Of a DNA stretch of 64,000 nucleotides, positions 11,925 to 27,300 are shown one piece after another. Origin of the DNA: Eledone cirrhosa (lineage: Eukaryota); the NCBI GenBank assembly GCA_964016885.1, contig OZ024752.1, forward strand, positions 35,216,001 to 35,280,000, in the 5' to 3' direction. The translations under genes and the position numbers were made by a program. Position 1 is the stretch's first letter; every line of letters starts with the position of its first letter. The notes under the pieces were generated by a model that was given only the letters and a program-made list of their open reading frames with translations, was not told where the DNA came from and did no database searches.

Positions 11925-14900
11925 GTATGTTATATTCACTAAGTAAAGGTTTTCTTTTTTTTAAAGTAATTCAGTCAGAGGAGGCAGGGTGGTATCCATA
12001 ATTTTTAGGTGTTCTTCAACACTTGTGATCCATGCAGTAAATGTTCAGCTTGAATGTAGAGGTGCATGGCCTAGTGGTAAGGGGGTTTAAACCCTGCGAT
12101 GCACTAGTATCTTTTTCAGGTGGTGGTGCTGGTGGTGGGGCCTTGTACCTTCAGTCGCTTAACATCACTGAAACTGGGGTAAGCACTGGCCTGGTGAACT
12201 TCTAAGCTCAAGACAGACTTAAAATTGAATGTCTAAAATCATATGCAAGCGTTGACTTGGCTGGTTGGGACACATCACACGACTTCCAAGTGAGAGACAT
12301 GCTAATCAGGTACTGTACTGGTACCCCTATGGAAAGAGGTGAAGAGGACGTCCCAAGATGAACTGGGGGCAGATAATCAGCAGTTTACAAAAGTTGGAAT
12401 GATGTATTGATAGATGCAACAGACTGTCATCATTGGAACTCTTTGTCTGGCTTGTGTGTCTCAAGATGCAGGAGCTTCTTAATAGTTTGATACAGTTAGA
12501 GAAATGTGTGTAGGGGAGATAATCATTTTAAATAGCTGAACTTCTGAAGATGATTAAGAATTATGTTTAACCCTTTGATAACAAACTGCCTGAAACTGCT
12601 CCTAACTCTATGATAGAAAACTATTTGTTTTAAAGTGTTTGTATTTATGTATTTATCTAAAGAAAAAAAGTTCCCATAATTTTTTTTAATGATCAACAAG
12701 ATCCCAGACCTCACTCGCTTAAAGAGTGGATTGGAACTCATCAAATTAGACCAAGGAAACAATGTTGCCATTCCTCTTTCCAATTGCTGATACTATCTAC
12801 CGGTGATAACTGCTGGCAGAAAGGACATAATGCATTGCCCGATCTGGGAATCAAAGTCACAACCTTATGATTGTGAATCTAATTCCGTAACAACTAAGCC
12901 ACACACCTCCCATCATAGTTTTATGGAAAAGCATTTGTTAGGCTATGTTCCAATCATCAACTTAACGTTTTTGTTTTGGATGGTTTTTTTGTTTTACATT
13001 TGAAAAGAGGGTTATAACCCTGACATATGCTGGATAAGAAAAACATAACTTTGTTTTGTTTTATTTATCATCCTTTGTCCTTTATATATTTCTACCACAT
13101 TGTACTGGCTTTCTGAAATACTTATCAATCATCTATGTAAACGATTTAAAAATGGATTTTGTTTTTATTATTGTTAATATATTTTCTTGGTGGCCTTTTC
13201 AGGATCCTCCATTAAGTGTTGACCAAATGAAAACTCAGGTATATGAACAGTGGTTGGCAGCTGACCTAACTGAGCTTGGATCTCAATGTCTACCTTCACA
13301 AACTGCAACATCCAGCAAATTTTTTCTCAATGGATTTTATTGCTTACAGGTAAAATATTAACCTTTTTTTTTTTATACTAACCTGGCCAAAATTGCCTCT
13401 GTTTCTATGAAAGAAAACCACTCGTCTTAAAGGACTAAGTCTAAAATTTGGCTCAGCAGGCCAGTGCTTATCCTAGTTTCTGTGGCATTAATTGATTGAG
13501 AGTACAAGACTCCTTCCTGGACATCGCAGAGTTAACTTCCTCCCATCTATTACTGGTACTCATTTTTAGCTGAGTACACTGGAGCAAGATGAAATGAAGT
13601 GTTTTGCTCAAGAACACAACACACAACCCAGTCCAGGGATTGAACCCAAAACATTATAATCATAAGTCTAACTGACTTATCACTAGGGCACATCCCTTCA
13701 CTAGGGCTCCTATTTAAATAAAAATTAGAGAGACAATCCACAAGGTGAGTGACAGGTAGAGGAAATATAAAAAAGATTGAAAGAGGAAGAGGACTCTAAT
13801 GGCCACTGGCCACTGGTCTCTGTCTTCAAGCATTTTTGCCCATTGCTATCTTTGACAGCATTTATCTGTTTTAATCTGTTCTAGTGATGAGTTTCCTCAT
13901 TTTTATATATGTATATATATATGTATATTTATTGCAGATGAATAGTATTCTAGATATTACTACCTCTTATTACACTCAGCAAGTAAAGATGAAGGGAACA
14001 GATATCTCAAACAGTCTAATATCAGCTGAAAACCCCAAACAAAATATGGTATATATTTAGTCTTTTTAACATTCTTTCTAATATTTTCTAATTCAGTTTT
14101 TAAAAATTTCATTGATCCTGTTATCCCTTTAAAAAATTAACTAATAACTAATTCACAATATTGGCAACATGAAGACCCCCTAATATAACAGTATATATAT
14201 ATATATATATATGAAAGGACCTCGATGGCTGAGCTCCTGCCAATTCAACAGCAGCAGCTCAGCGGTCGGAGACCCAAATTTTTCATCTTACCCACTCTAC
14301 TACCCTAAGTATCGAGTACTCTGGTGATAATGGTCTAACTGGTTTTTCCTGCTTCCATCCTGATATATATATATGTATATCACCATCATCATCATCACTG
14401 TTTAACGTCCAATTTTCCATGCTAGCATGGGTTAGACAAGTTGTCCTGTTGTGAGCAATGCCAGGTCAGGTGACCATGTCTTGCTCATACAGAACTGATT
14501 TTGGCTTGGTTTCTACTGATGGATGCCCTTCCTAACACCAACCTCATTTACAATGATATGTGTATGTATATATATATATATTGCTCCAGTTTACTCAGGT
14601 GTAGAAATGAGATGATAGGACTGAGGTCCCTATCATTCCACTGCAAACTGGTTGTGGGGGTGCCACAGCAAAAAAGCACCCAGCCCACACTGTAAAGTGG
14701 GCGTGTAGGCGCCACGGAAAAAAAAGCACCCAGCACTCACTGTAAAGGTTGGTGTTAGGAAGGGCATCCAGCTGTAGAAATCAAGCCAGAATCAGTTCCC
14801 GTATGAGCAAGACAAGGTCAGCCGACCGGACACTGCCCACAACAGGACAACCCGCCTAACCCATGCTAGTGTGGAAGAACGGACGTAAAATGGTGATGAT

Positions 14901-16390
14901 ATATATATATATATATATGGATGTCGGTGAGCATGTCCAGCTAACCTCAGTCTCCTCTGTGTCACTTTTGAGCTGACTTTTGGGAGGCTCCCATACAGCT
15001 CTGAGCTTTTCATCCTCAGTGTATACTGATTAATGTTCAGAGCCATCCTCAGCATTCTCGTGTAGCACCCATCCACCATCTGAGTGGACACACATAACGT
15101 ATGTTGATGCCCTAAGGACAGACACTGGTCTGTTGGAGACGCAGGACATGGCAGCGATAATGAGGAACAGAGACCGCTGGAGAGAACTCGTCCATGGATC
15201 TCAGGAATTTTACCCACCCTAGAAATAGAAAAAAATATATATGGAGGCACATGGCTTAGTGGTTAAAGCATTGGGCTTCCAATCGAAAGGTTGTGAGTTC
15301 AATTCTCAGACCGGGTAATGTGTTATTTCCTTGAGCAAGACACTTTATTTCACATTGCTCCAGTTTACTCAGCTGTAGAAATGAGATGATAGGGACTGGG
15401 GTCCCTATCATTATTTCACATTGCTCCAGTTTACTCAACTGTAGAAATGAGATGATAGGGACTGGGGTCCCTATCATTATTTCACATTGCTCCAGTTTAC
15501 TCAGCTGTAGAAATGAGATGATAGGGACTGGGGTCCATATCATTATTTCACATTGCTCCAGTTTACTCAACTGTAGAAATGAGATGATAGGGACTGGGGT
15601 CCCTATCATTATTTCACATTGCTCCAGTTTACTCAGCTGTAGAAATGAGATGATAGGGACTGGGGTCCATATCATTCCACTGTAAAGCGGACGTGTAGGC
15701 GCCACAGAAAAAAAGCACCCAGCACATCATCATTATCTTTTTTACATCCACTTTTCCATGTTGTTATGGGTTGGAAGGGATGTTTTCAGACTATATTTTT
15801 ACAGCCAGTTGCCTTTCCTGATGTCAATTCTTTTAGTCAATGTATAATAAAAACAAAAATGTGCTGTGTACGGAATACTAACCTATTGGATTGTTCTCAT
15901 TCTAGCCCCAACTGGCTCATTGTCGAATGCTGAAAATGGAAATGACTGATGGAACAACTGTAGTTCATGGTATTGAATATAAACCTATTGCAACACTTAA
16001 TGTTAATATAAGTCCTGGTTGTAAGGTTGGTATTATGGGCTTTATAACATCGTCATCATCATCATCATCATCTTCACCATCATCATCATCATCATCATTG
16101 TCGTCTTCATCATCATCATCATCACTGCCATCATCATCATTGTCATCATCATCTTCTTCACCATCATCATCATCGTAATCATCATCATCATCACCGTCAT
16201 CATCATCAACACTTTAATGTTTAGTTTTCATTGCATGCATGGGTTAGATAGGTTGTTATGTATTGGGGCAGTGAATTGGCAGAGTGTTTAGAGCATCAGA
16301 TAGAATGCTTTGATGCTGTGTCATGTTTATTCCAGTTCCCTGTTCTCTGAGTTCAAATCCTGGTGAGGTCAACTTTGCCTGGGGCACTGC

Positions 16391-16456
<66 letters not shown>

Positions 16457-17433
16457 CATGTGGAGGCATGTGGCTTAGTGGTTAGAGCATTGGCCTTGCA
16501 ATAGAAAGGTTGTGAGTTCAATTCTCAGACCGGGTGATGTGTTGTTTCCTTGAGCAAGACACTTTATTTCACTTTGCTCCAGTTTACTCAGCTGTAGAAA
16601 TGAGATGATAGGGACTGGGGTCCATATCATTCCACTGCAAAGTGGTCCTGCAGGTGCCACGGCAAAAAAGCACCCAGCACTCACTGTAAATGAGGTTGGT
16701 GTTAGGAAGGGCATCCAGCTGTAGAAATCAAGCCAGAATCAGTTCCCGTCCCACCCTTGCAAGCAGGGAAAAAAGCGAATGTAAAATGAAATGAAATGAA
16801 TGAAATGATATATATATATAAGTATTAATTAGCGAGAATCGAATTTCAGCTCAGGAATTAACGAAAAACACTTCCGAGTTGTGTTGCAAGCGCTCGATAA
16901 TTCATATGAATTAGAGCTACAACATACGTTAAAGGCCAAACACACTGAGATGGTGGTTAAACTAATCATCCGCACAGCCAAAAAAACGACCAAGTAATTC
17001 AGGTCAAACAAATATAAATATATATGATTGAAAATATATATATATGTGGTGTTAGGAAGGGCATCCAGCTGTAGAAATTAAGCCAGAATCAGTTCCCGTA
17101 TGAGCAAGACAAGGTCAGCCGACTGGACACTGCCCACAACAGGACAACCCGTCTAACCCATGCTAGCGTGGAAGAACGGACGTAAAACGGTGATGATGAT
17201 GATGATGATGATATATATATATATATATATATATATATCATCATCATCATCATCATCATCATCGTTTAACGTCCATCTTCCACGCTAGCATGGGTTTGGA
17301 TGGGAGTTTTCCCACTTGAGGCAAGATTGGTTGTCCTGCTCGTATAGGACTGTCTGGCGGGTTTTCTACAGCTGGATGCCATTCCTAACACCAACCACGT
17401 TTACAGTGTGGACTGGGATATATATATATATAT

Positions 17434-17465
<32 letters not shown>

Positions 17466-20400
17466 TTTACGTCTGCTTTTCTCTGCTTGCAAGGGTGAGA
17501 CGGGAACTGATTCTGGCTTGATTTCTACATCTGGATGCCCTTCCTAACACCAACCTCATTTACAGTGAGTGCTGAGTGCTTTTTTGCCGTGGCACCTCCA
17601 CGACCACTTTACAGTGGAATGACAGGAACCCCAGTCCTATCATCTCATTTCTACAGCTGAGTAAACTGGAGCAATGTGAAATAAAGTGTCTTGCTCAAGG
17701 AAACAACACATCACCCGGTCTGAGAATTGAACTCACAACCTTTCGATTGCAAGGCCAATGCTCTAACCACTAAGCCATGTGTCTCCATATAAGATATACG
17801 ATATGAAATTAAAATCTATTCATATATATATATATATTTAAAAAATATATTTTTGTTTTATATTTTTCAGTTATTAATCAAAGGTAATATTTTGTGTCGA
17901 AATGGTATTTTGATGTTGTCCAACGAAAACATCTGTGTTCTTGGCGGAGAAATAGATTCTTTAATAGAAACAAATGCCCAACATATCTTACTACCCAAAG
18001 TTATGTAAGTTTTCCTTAACATTATTGAATCTTACTCATATTACTTTCTAATTTTATTTTCTTAATGGCTAATTCATGTGTTAGGAAGGGCATCCAGTTG
18101 TAGAAACCATGCTCCCAGTACACACTGTAAAGTGGTTGGTGTTAGGAAGGACATCTAGCTGTAGAAACCATTATTATGTAGCTCTTTAACTGATTCTATA
18201 ATTATTAAAGACAAAGTTATGTTGGTGCCACAACATCCAGGCCGAAACAAATGAGATTGTGTAGGTGTCATGACAAAAAAACACACAGTTCACGCTGTAA
18301 TGTGGCCGTGTAGGCAACACGGTAAAAACCTCCCAGCCCCACACTGTAAATGTGGTTGGTGTTAGGAAAGGTATCCAGCTGTAGAAAACCCGCCAGACAG
18401 TCCACGCTGTAATGTGGCCGTGTAGGCAACACGGTAAAAACCTCCCAGTCCCACACTGTAAATGTGGTTGGTGTTAGGAAGGGCATCCAGCTGTAGAAAA
18501 CCTGCCAGACAGTCCTATGCGAGCAAGACAACCACTCTTGCCTCAAGTGGGAAAACTCCCGTCCAAACCCATGCAAGCATGGAACATGGACGTTAAACGA
18601 TGATGATGATGATGATGATGAAATCAGATTTAAATACTTCCCTATTATTCTGCCAGGAGTTGTGACAGTTAGATAGTATTAGCAATTGGAAAGTCCAATG
18701 GAAACATTGTTTCCTTGGTTCGATCTGATGAGTTCCACCCCACTTGGTAAGTGAATGAGGTCTGGGATCTTGTGAATTCAGATCAATATATATAATTAGT
18801 TATCAACTGATAATATTTAAGGTCTTCTCTGATCAAGTCATCTGTACTTTATAAGATATCAACTAATAATATGTAACACCTTCTCTGATCAACTGAGCTC
18901 TACTTTATTATCAACTGATAATCTGTAAGACTTTCACTAATCAAGTGATTTGTACTTTATTAAGCTATACTTTATTATCAACAGATAATATGTAAGATCT
19001 TCACAGATCAACTGAGCTGTTCTTTATAAGTTATTAACTGATATGGCAGATTTTCTTAGATCAAGTCATCTGTACTCTATTAGTTATCAACTAATAATAT
19101 GTAACACCTTCTCTGATCAACTGAGCTCTACTTTATTATCAACTGATAATCTGTAAGACTTTCACTAATCAAGTGATTTGTACTTTATTAAGCTATACTT
19201 TATTATCAACAGATAATACGTAAGATCTTCACTGATCAACTGAGCTGTTCTTTATTAGTTATTAACTAGTATGTCAGACTTTCTCAGATCAAGTCATCTG
19301 TACTCTATTAGTTATCAACTAATAATATGTAAGACCTTCTCTGATCAAATCATCTGTACTCTATTAAACTATACTTTATTATCAAGTGAGCTGTATTTTA
19401 TTAGTTATCAACTGATAATATGTCAGGCCTTCTCTGATCAACTGAGCTGTTCTTTATTAGTTATTAACTAGTATGTCAGACTTTCTCAGATCAAGTCATC
19501 TGTACTCTATTAGTTATCAACTAATAATATGTAAGACCTTCTCTGATCAAATCATCTGTACTCTATTAAACTATACTTTATTATCAAGTGAGCTGTATTT
19601 TATTAGTTATCAACTGATAATATGTCAGGCCTTCTCTGATCAACTGAGCTGTTCTTTATTAGTTATTAACTAGTATGTCAGACTTTCTCAGATCAAGTCA
19701 TCTGTACTCTATTAGTTATCAACTAATAATATGTAAGACCTTCTCTGATCAAATCATCTGTACTCTATTAAACTATACTTTATTATCAAGTGAGCTGTAT
19801 TTTATTAGTTATCAACTGATGATATGTCAGGCTTTCTCTGATCAACTGAGCTGTACTTTATTTTCACTTTTAGGAAAGAAGTTGCATTGTATTCTGGAAA
19901 GACAATGAGAAAAGATTTTGTAGATACTGGCAATAGTAACAGTATGATTAAACATAAAATGAACAAATTTGATACTTCTGGTGACCAATATAAGAAACAG
20001 GATTATCCTCGTAAGTTTATTTTGGTTGGACTGTCAGATTATTTTTTATTTGTTTGCCTATATATCTATAATATCATACTGCATGTCACATTGTCTTTAA
20101 GTGTTATGCTTTTAACAACCTAAAATATGGAATAACATCCAAGATATAATTGAAATATTTAACATATTGAAATCAGTTTAAATGTTACACATCAAACAAC
20201 CTAAACTATGGAATAACATCGAAGATATAATTGAAATATTTAACATATTGAAATCAGTTTAAATGTTACACATCAAACAACCTAAACTATGGAATAACAT
20301 CGAAGATATAATTGAAATATTTAACATATTGAAATCAGTTTAAGTGTTACAAATTAAACAACCTAAACTATGGAACCAAATTGAAGACATAATTGTAATC

Positions 20401-21848
20401 GTTAATATTGAAATCTTAAACAAGTTTAAGTGTTATGCTTTAAACAACCTAAACTACAGAACCAAATTGAAGACATAATTAAAATTTTTAACACAATTAA
20501 ACAATATGATGAAGATTTATAAATTTCTGCATAAAAAATAAAAATAATTATAAAATGTGGAAATGCCATGAATTTTGCTTGTTTTTATAATTAATTTTCT
20601 ATGACATTGTTTTTGACTTAACAACATTTTATTTTATTTATTTAGTTGCACCATATGATCCAGATAGTGTTCAGAAGAAACCAAGGTAAGATTCTAAATA
20701 ATTAAAGGCAACAAAGATGTTGGTGTGTCACCTGTTATTTTATTTATCTGTCCTAATATTTTGGGTCTAAAAACCCTTTGTCAGAAGACTATAATAAGAA
20801 ACTAGCTTGGAGTTTGTGCTTTTGTTGTTTAGAAGCTTGCCATTTTTGTTTTCTAAATAATTACTTTTTAAAATTAGTTTCTTTCATTTACCTACAGATT
20901 ATACTGATTAAAAAAACCAACTTTTTCTAAAATCAGTATTTTATGTCTTCCAGATTATACAATGACACCTCACAGAAGGCATTACCAAATTATAATACTA
21001 GAGAAGGTAAGAATTCTTTATTGTGGCCAGTTTATGTGAAGAATATGTCTTTTATTTATAAAATTTAAATAATTTGAATAAAAACATACTTTGTAAACTT
21101 GAAGCAGGATAATTTAGAGTTTATATGTTAGATAAATTATCTCGAAAGTGATTGGCTAAAGACACAAGTGTAGACTCTGGGCAAGATGATTGGATAATAT
21201 CCATGAACTTAGCTGGCTTCGTTTGGGGATCCAGCCAGATCAATTGGGGACAGTTGCCTCTGACAGGATCTGCTGGAAGTAGTATTTGTGGACTTTGCCC
21301 CCACGAACCTCCCAAGAATAAGTGGATGAAGAAAAAAAAATTATCTTAAACCATCATAATTGAAGATTTTATCTTTTGTTATGGTTGTGAGTTCAATTCC
21401 TGAACCAGGCTGTGTTGTGTCCTTGAGCAAGACACTTTATTTCACACTGCTCCAGTTTACTCAGCTGTAGAAATAAGTTGTAATGTCACTGGTGCCAAGC
21501 TGTATCAGCTTTTGCCTTTCCATTGGGCAACATCATATATAGTGTGTATATAGTGTATATATATTGTAAAGAGTGTATATTTAGTATATATATCATCATC
21601 CTCGATTAACATCTATTTTCCACGCTAGCATGGGTTAGTCAGGTTTATCCCATTTAGAGGCAAGTTGGTTCGGGTGACTGTGTCTTGCTCATATAGGAGA
21701 GTTTCTGGCTGGTTTTCTATGGCTGGATGGCCTTCCTAATGCCAACCACATTGACAGTGTATGCTGGGGGCTTTTTGCCTTGTCTTTTACACATCCACTT
21801 TACAGTGTGGGCTGGGTGTTTTTTGGGCTGGTTTTCTATGGCAGATGG

Positions 21849-21880
<32 letters not shown>

Positions 21881-24314
21881 ATGTCACTGGTGCCAAGCTG
21901 TATCAGCCTTTACTTTTCCTTTGGACAACATCATATATAGTGTGTGTGTATAGTGTATATATATTTTATAGAGTGCATCATATATAGTGTATATATATGT
22001 TGTGACGTCACTGGTGCCAAGTTGATCTTTTCCTTTCCCTTGGACAACATTGGTAGGATAGTGAAGGAAGACTGGTTATTTTCAAAATTATTTGGAAATC
22101 ATTGGTGGTATATTAGAAATATAGTAATGGTGTAAATATGGTTGGCATTAGGAAGGGCATCCAACTGTAGAAACCAAGCCAGAAACAGTTCTGTATGAGC
22201 AAGACATGGTCATCTGACCTGGCTTGTCTCACAACAATACAACTCGTCTAACCCATGCTAGTGTGAAAAAAATGGAGATTAAATGATGATGATGATGATG
22301 ATAGTGATGATGATGGTGGTGATAGTAACAAAGTGGTTAATACTATTAATATTATCTTGATTTATTTTATTTATTTGGTTTGGTGATAATAAGATTCGTT
22401 AAGCTGATAATAAGATTAATTTTGTTTTATAGATAATGCCACAAAAATGGCCACGACTAATATAGATGAATTTGGTGATGAGGTATATATACATCTTTTA
22501 TTTACTTGATTAAGGGGTTTATCTTTGTTGTAAAATTAATAGATAATTTTATCTCAGCACTAAGGAAATATTAAATTCATCAATCAACTTCCCCTTCCAC
22601 CCCCAAAATTGTTGGCCTTGTACCAGTAACGCAATGAGGTCGATTTAATTGACTTTCCTCTCTCCCAAAATTGTTGGCCTTGTGCCTAAATCAGAAATCA
22701 TTGGTGGATTGGCAATATCGGTGGAGGGTCGGACGCCATGCCTTCCAGCATAGTTACGTCCCTTTACGATCTGAGTTCAAATCCCGCCGAGGTTAACTTT
22801 GCCTTTCATCCTTATGGGGTCGATAAAATAAAGTACCAGTAATGTACTGGGTAATTGCTGGCCTTGTGCCTATATAAGAAACCATTATTATTATAATTGA
22901 TTTCCAATCTCGCCGAAGTTAACTTTGCCTTTCATCCTTACAGGGTCGATAAAATAAAGTACCAGTAATGCATTGGGGTTGATTTAATCGACTTTCCTCT
23001 CCTCCCAAAATTGTTGGCCTTGTGCCTAAATCAGAAACAATTATCTGGATTAGCACCAATCCAGACTTTGATAAACTTCTTTGTAGATTTTACTATAATA
23101 TATTATTCAAATTCTAATGGTGGTGGATTGGCGGTATTGGTTGGACACCATGCTTTGCAGCATAGTTTCAGCCCTTTATTGTCCAAGTTCAGATCCTGCT
23201 GAGGTTAACTTTGCCTTTCATCCTTACGGGGTCGATAAAATAAAGTACCAGTAATGCACTGGGTAATTGCTGGCCTTGTGCCAAAAGTAGAAACAATTAT
23301 TGGATTAGAGCGCCGAGGTTAACTTTGCCTTTCATCCTTACGGGGTCGATAAAATAAAGTACCAGTAATACACTGGGATAATTGCTGGCCTTGTGCCAAA
23401 AGTAGAACCAATTGTTTAAATTCTAATCTGTCTAAATCAGAAACCATTATTTTTAACCCTTTAGCATTTAAACTGGCTATATCCATCCAGAATTCTTTCA
23501 CCTCTTTCTGTTTAAACTGGCTGTAACTGGCCACTCATACTGATGTTAAGGTATTGTTCTCAAAATAAATAACATCAAAATTTCATAGATTCGATATTAT
23601 GTGAGATATTTTGTGATGTAAAGCCTTTACTGTGAAAATATAATAGTAAGTATAGAGTAATATAAATGCTAAATGGTTAAGTGTTGTATTCTATTTTCTT
23701 TTAAGTAAAAGATTTATGTTAACATTTTTATTAAAAATTATTTTTGTTTTGATTCTGTTACAAATGATTTGTTTAAAAAGACTAAATTTTTAAAATCTGT
23801 TTTAGTGGGATGATCTAGACTTTATAGAAGAACTTGAAGAAAATAGCAATTTTAACACTTCAAATAAATCAGCTGAAAAAACTTCTGTACAGAAAAACAA
23901 TACAACAAAGATGGAGGATAAATGGGACGAGGATGAAATGGAACTTGCTCTTTTAAGTGAAATTGAAATGGAAAATGAAATGAGACAACAAGAACAACAA
24001 CGTTCTAATATTTCTCCCCCTAGTGGTGGAGGTTTTAGTGAAATGAGACATTCAAATATTTCTCCTGCTGCTGGTGGTGGTGGTGGTGGTGGTGAAACGC
24101 GACATAGACAATCTAATATTTCTCCTGGTGGTGGTGGTGGTGGTGGTGGTGGTGGTGGTGGTGAAACGAGACATAGACAATCTAATATTTCTCCTGGTGG
24201 TGGTGGTGGTGGTGGTGGTAGTGTCGCATCGTCTTCATCTATCGATAGAAAAGTAACTCATAGTGAAATAAATACTTCCAGATTAAAAACACACCAGACA
24301 ACATTATCTCCCTT

Positions 24315-24348
<34 letters not shown>

Positions 24349-27300
24349 GCATCTAAACAAAGCAATCAGTTATCTACATTTGATAGGAACTCTAAGAAAC
24401 ATATCTCTGATGATAGTCAACTTAAATGCTTCAAGAATTCTCCAAAGTCTGCTTCTAATACCATTGATGATTTAATGAATAAGTGGACTAAATTGTGCTC
24501 TCGAAGTCATATCCAACCAAACATCGATCCCTGTCTATCAAAAGGTAAGTGTTTAACTCTTTACCATTTACATTATCATCATCATCATCACCGTTTTACG
24601 TCCGTTCTTCCACGCTAGCATGGGTTAGATGGGTCGTCCTGTCGTGGGCAGTGTTGTCCGGTCGGCTGACCTTGTCTTGCTCATACAGGAACTGATTCTG
24701 GCTTGATTTCTACAGCTGGATGCCCTTCCTAACACCAACCTCATTTACAGTGAGTGCTGGGTGCTTTTTTTCTGTGGCACCTACACATCCACTTTACAGT
24801 GGAATGATATGGACCCCAGTCCTATCATCTCATTTCTACAGCTGAGTAAACTGGAGCAATGTGAAATAAAGTGTCTTGCTCAAGGAAACAACACATGACC
24901 CGGTCTGAGAATTGAACTCACAACCTTTCGGTTGCAAGCCCAATGCTCTAACCACTAAGCCATGTGCCAAACAATTATTTCTATGTACTAAAAGGGCGGT
25001 GGATTGGCAGTAATTGGTAGAGTATCGGACAGAATGCTGTGCAGCATTTAGTTACGACCCTTTACGTCCTTTAGATAATTTTACCTTGAATTATTTTTCT
25101 GTAATTTTTGTGTCTTTATTTAATAGCGAGTCTATTAATTAAAAGAGAATTTTAATTATTTCCACAATATTTTCAGTTGATGTCCTTAAAATACCGTTCA
25201 CTTACTTATTTTTATTGAAAACTTGCAAGTTAGAAACAGAATCGATTAAATTTTACATTAAGGTAAGTTCTGTTTAATAATTCTAACAGTTTTGGCAATT
25301 ATGTGATGCTTTTACTTTCTAAAATATCAGAAATACTTTTTGAGAATATGAGGGTCGTCTGAAAAGATACTCTCATGGAATGACCAAATGAGGTTTATTT
25401 TTCGACATAGTTCCTGGAAAGAAATTATACAGTTATTAATAAGAAGAGTTGACATTAATGCATGCAAGATTTCACAGCTCTAGCATCACTCCTTTATAGG
25501 CTAACCAAGATACTCTCATGGAATGACCAAATTAGATTTATTTTTCAACATAGTCCCTGGAAAGAAACAAAGCAAGTATTAATAGGAAGAGTTGAAATTA
25601 ATGCATGCAAGATTTCACAGCTCTAGCATCACTCCTTTATAGGCTAACCAAGATACTCTCATGGAATGACCAAATTAGATTTATTTTTCAACATAGTCCC
25701 TGGAAAGAAACAAAGCAATTATTAATAGGAAGAGTTGAAATTAATGCATGCAAGATTTCACAGCTCTGGCATCACTCCTTCATAGTCAGCCAAGGAACTT
25801 CTCAGCCCCAATGCTCGTATATACTGCCAAAGATGGTATGAAAATATGTTAGAAATATTAAGGGTGGTTTCAAATATATATCAGGTATTGAATTGGTAGA
25901 GTTGTTAAAATGTTGGATAGAAAGCTTTGTAGTATTTGTTCTGACCCTCTGCACTCTGGGTTAAAATCCCATCGAGGTTGACTTTGCCTTTCATCCTGTT
26001 GAGGTAAATAAAAAGAGTACCAGTAATATATTGGGATTGCTTCTTACTCTATATTTCTTTCTCATCCCTTCTGTCTCTCTTGCCTTCTCTGGAAGAGATT
26101 GGCTATGTTCTGACCTGGAGAAGTAATGGGCTTTGTTTGGTTTTAAAATACCCAAGAAATGCCATTTGATCCAAGTATCCAAATCTAAGGTGGTAACTGC
26201 TTTAGTATGATAGTGTATGGACATCCATAACATATTGTAAATACTTTGGAAGGAGGATGACAAAGATATTTTTGTGATAAACAGTTTTATTACTCAAGTT
26301 TAGTCCTTGTTGAAAATTTTCAGCATTTTATTCCTTTCCTCAAAATTTACAGTTCTAGAAATCGATATCGTTAGAATTTCTAAATTATGAAGGGATTGTT
26401 TTTATTTGACAGGGTTATGTATCAACATTGTTGAGCAGATTGACTCGAACTAATGGTATATGGCAGTTAAAATGTATGTTAAATGATGGAACTGGAACAT
26501 TACCTGTGGATTTGTCTAATGAGGTAATATCAGGTTTTTTTTTTTGTTCTTTTTCCATATTAAAAAAATCTTTTTGTTTTGATTTTCATATGAAGAAACC
26601 CTTTATCTAAAGAGTTGGGGTAGGGTAGTTCGAAAATATTAAGGAAACACCACTATAGTAAAGGCATATGGTTCAGTGGTTAGAGAATTGGATTCACAAT
26701 CGTGAGGTTGTGAGTTCGATTCCCAGGCCAGGTGATGTGATATGTCTTTGAGCAAGACACTTTATTTGACATTGCTCTTTTTCCTAGGAGTTACGACTAG
26801 TTGATTATTGTCAGTAATTGGAAAGACCAATGGAAACATTGTTTCCAATTTGACATATTCCACCTCACTTGGTAAGTGAATAAGGTCTAGGATCTTGTCA
26901 ATTAATCTTATCCTCTTTATAATAATAATAATAATAATGAAATTATTGTGTACAGTGTTCAGGTGCACTACAACTCATCAAAGGTGCATGTATAGTACAT
27001 AGAATAATGTACAAATGTCAGGAAAATGAACAGTGTATGAGTCATGATATAATAATAATAACAATAATGAAATATTGTGTACAGTGCCCAGGTGCACCAC
27101 AACTCATCAAAAAAAAAAAAGTGCATGTACAGTACATAGGGCATTGCACAAACATCAGCAAAATGTTAACATTGGCAGTAGATAGGGCATCAGATTAAAT
27201 GGCTCAGTATTTGGGCCAGCTCACTGTGTTCTGAGTTCAAATCTCATTGAAGTTGATAAAATAAAGGACCAGTCCAGGGATCCAATGATCCAGGGGTAGG

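Noticed and set aside
16826-17000. Short open frame between (TA)n tracts in an RMI1 intron
   Set aside because: No recognisable motif or splice sites, and it is not needed for the RMI1 frame.
18725-18770. Hammerhead at CTGATGAG
   Set aside because: No downstream GAAA or stems; the same applies to ctgatgag near 48740.
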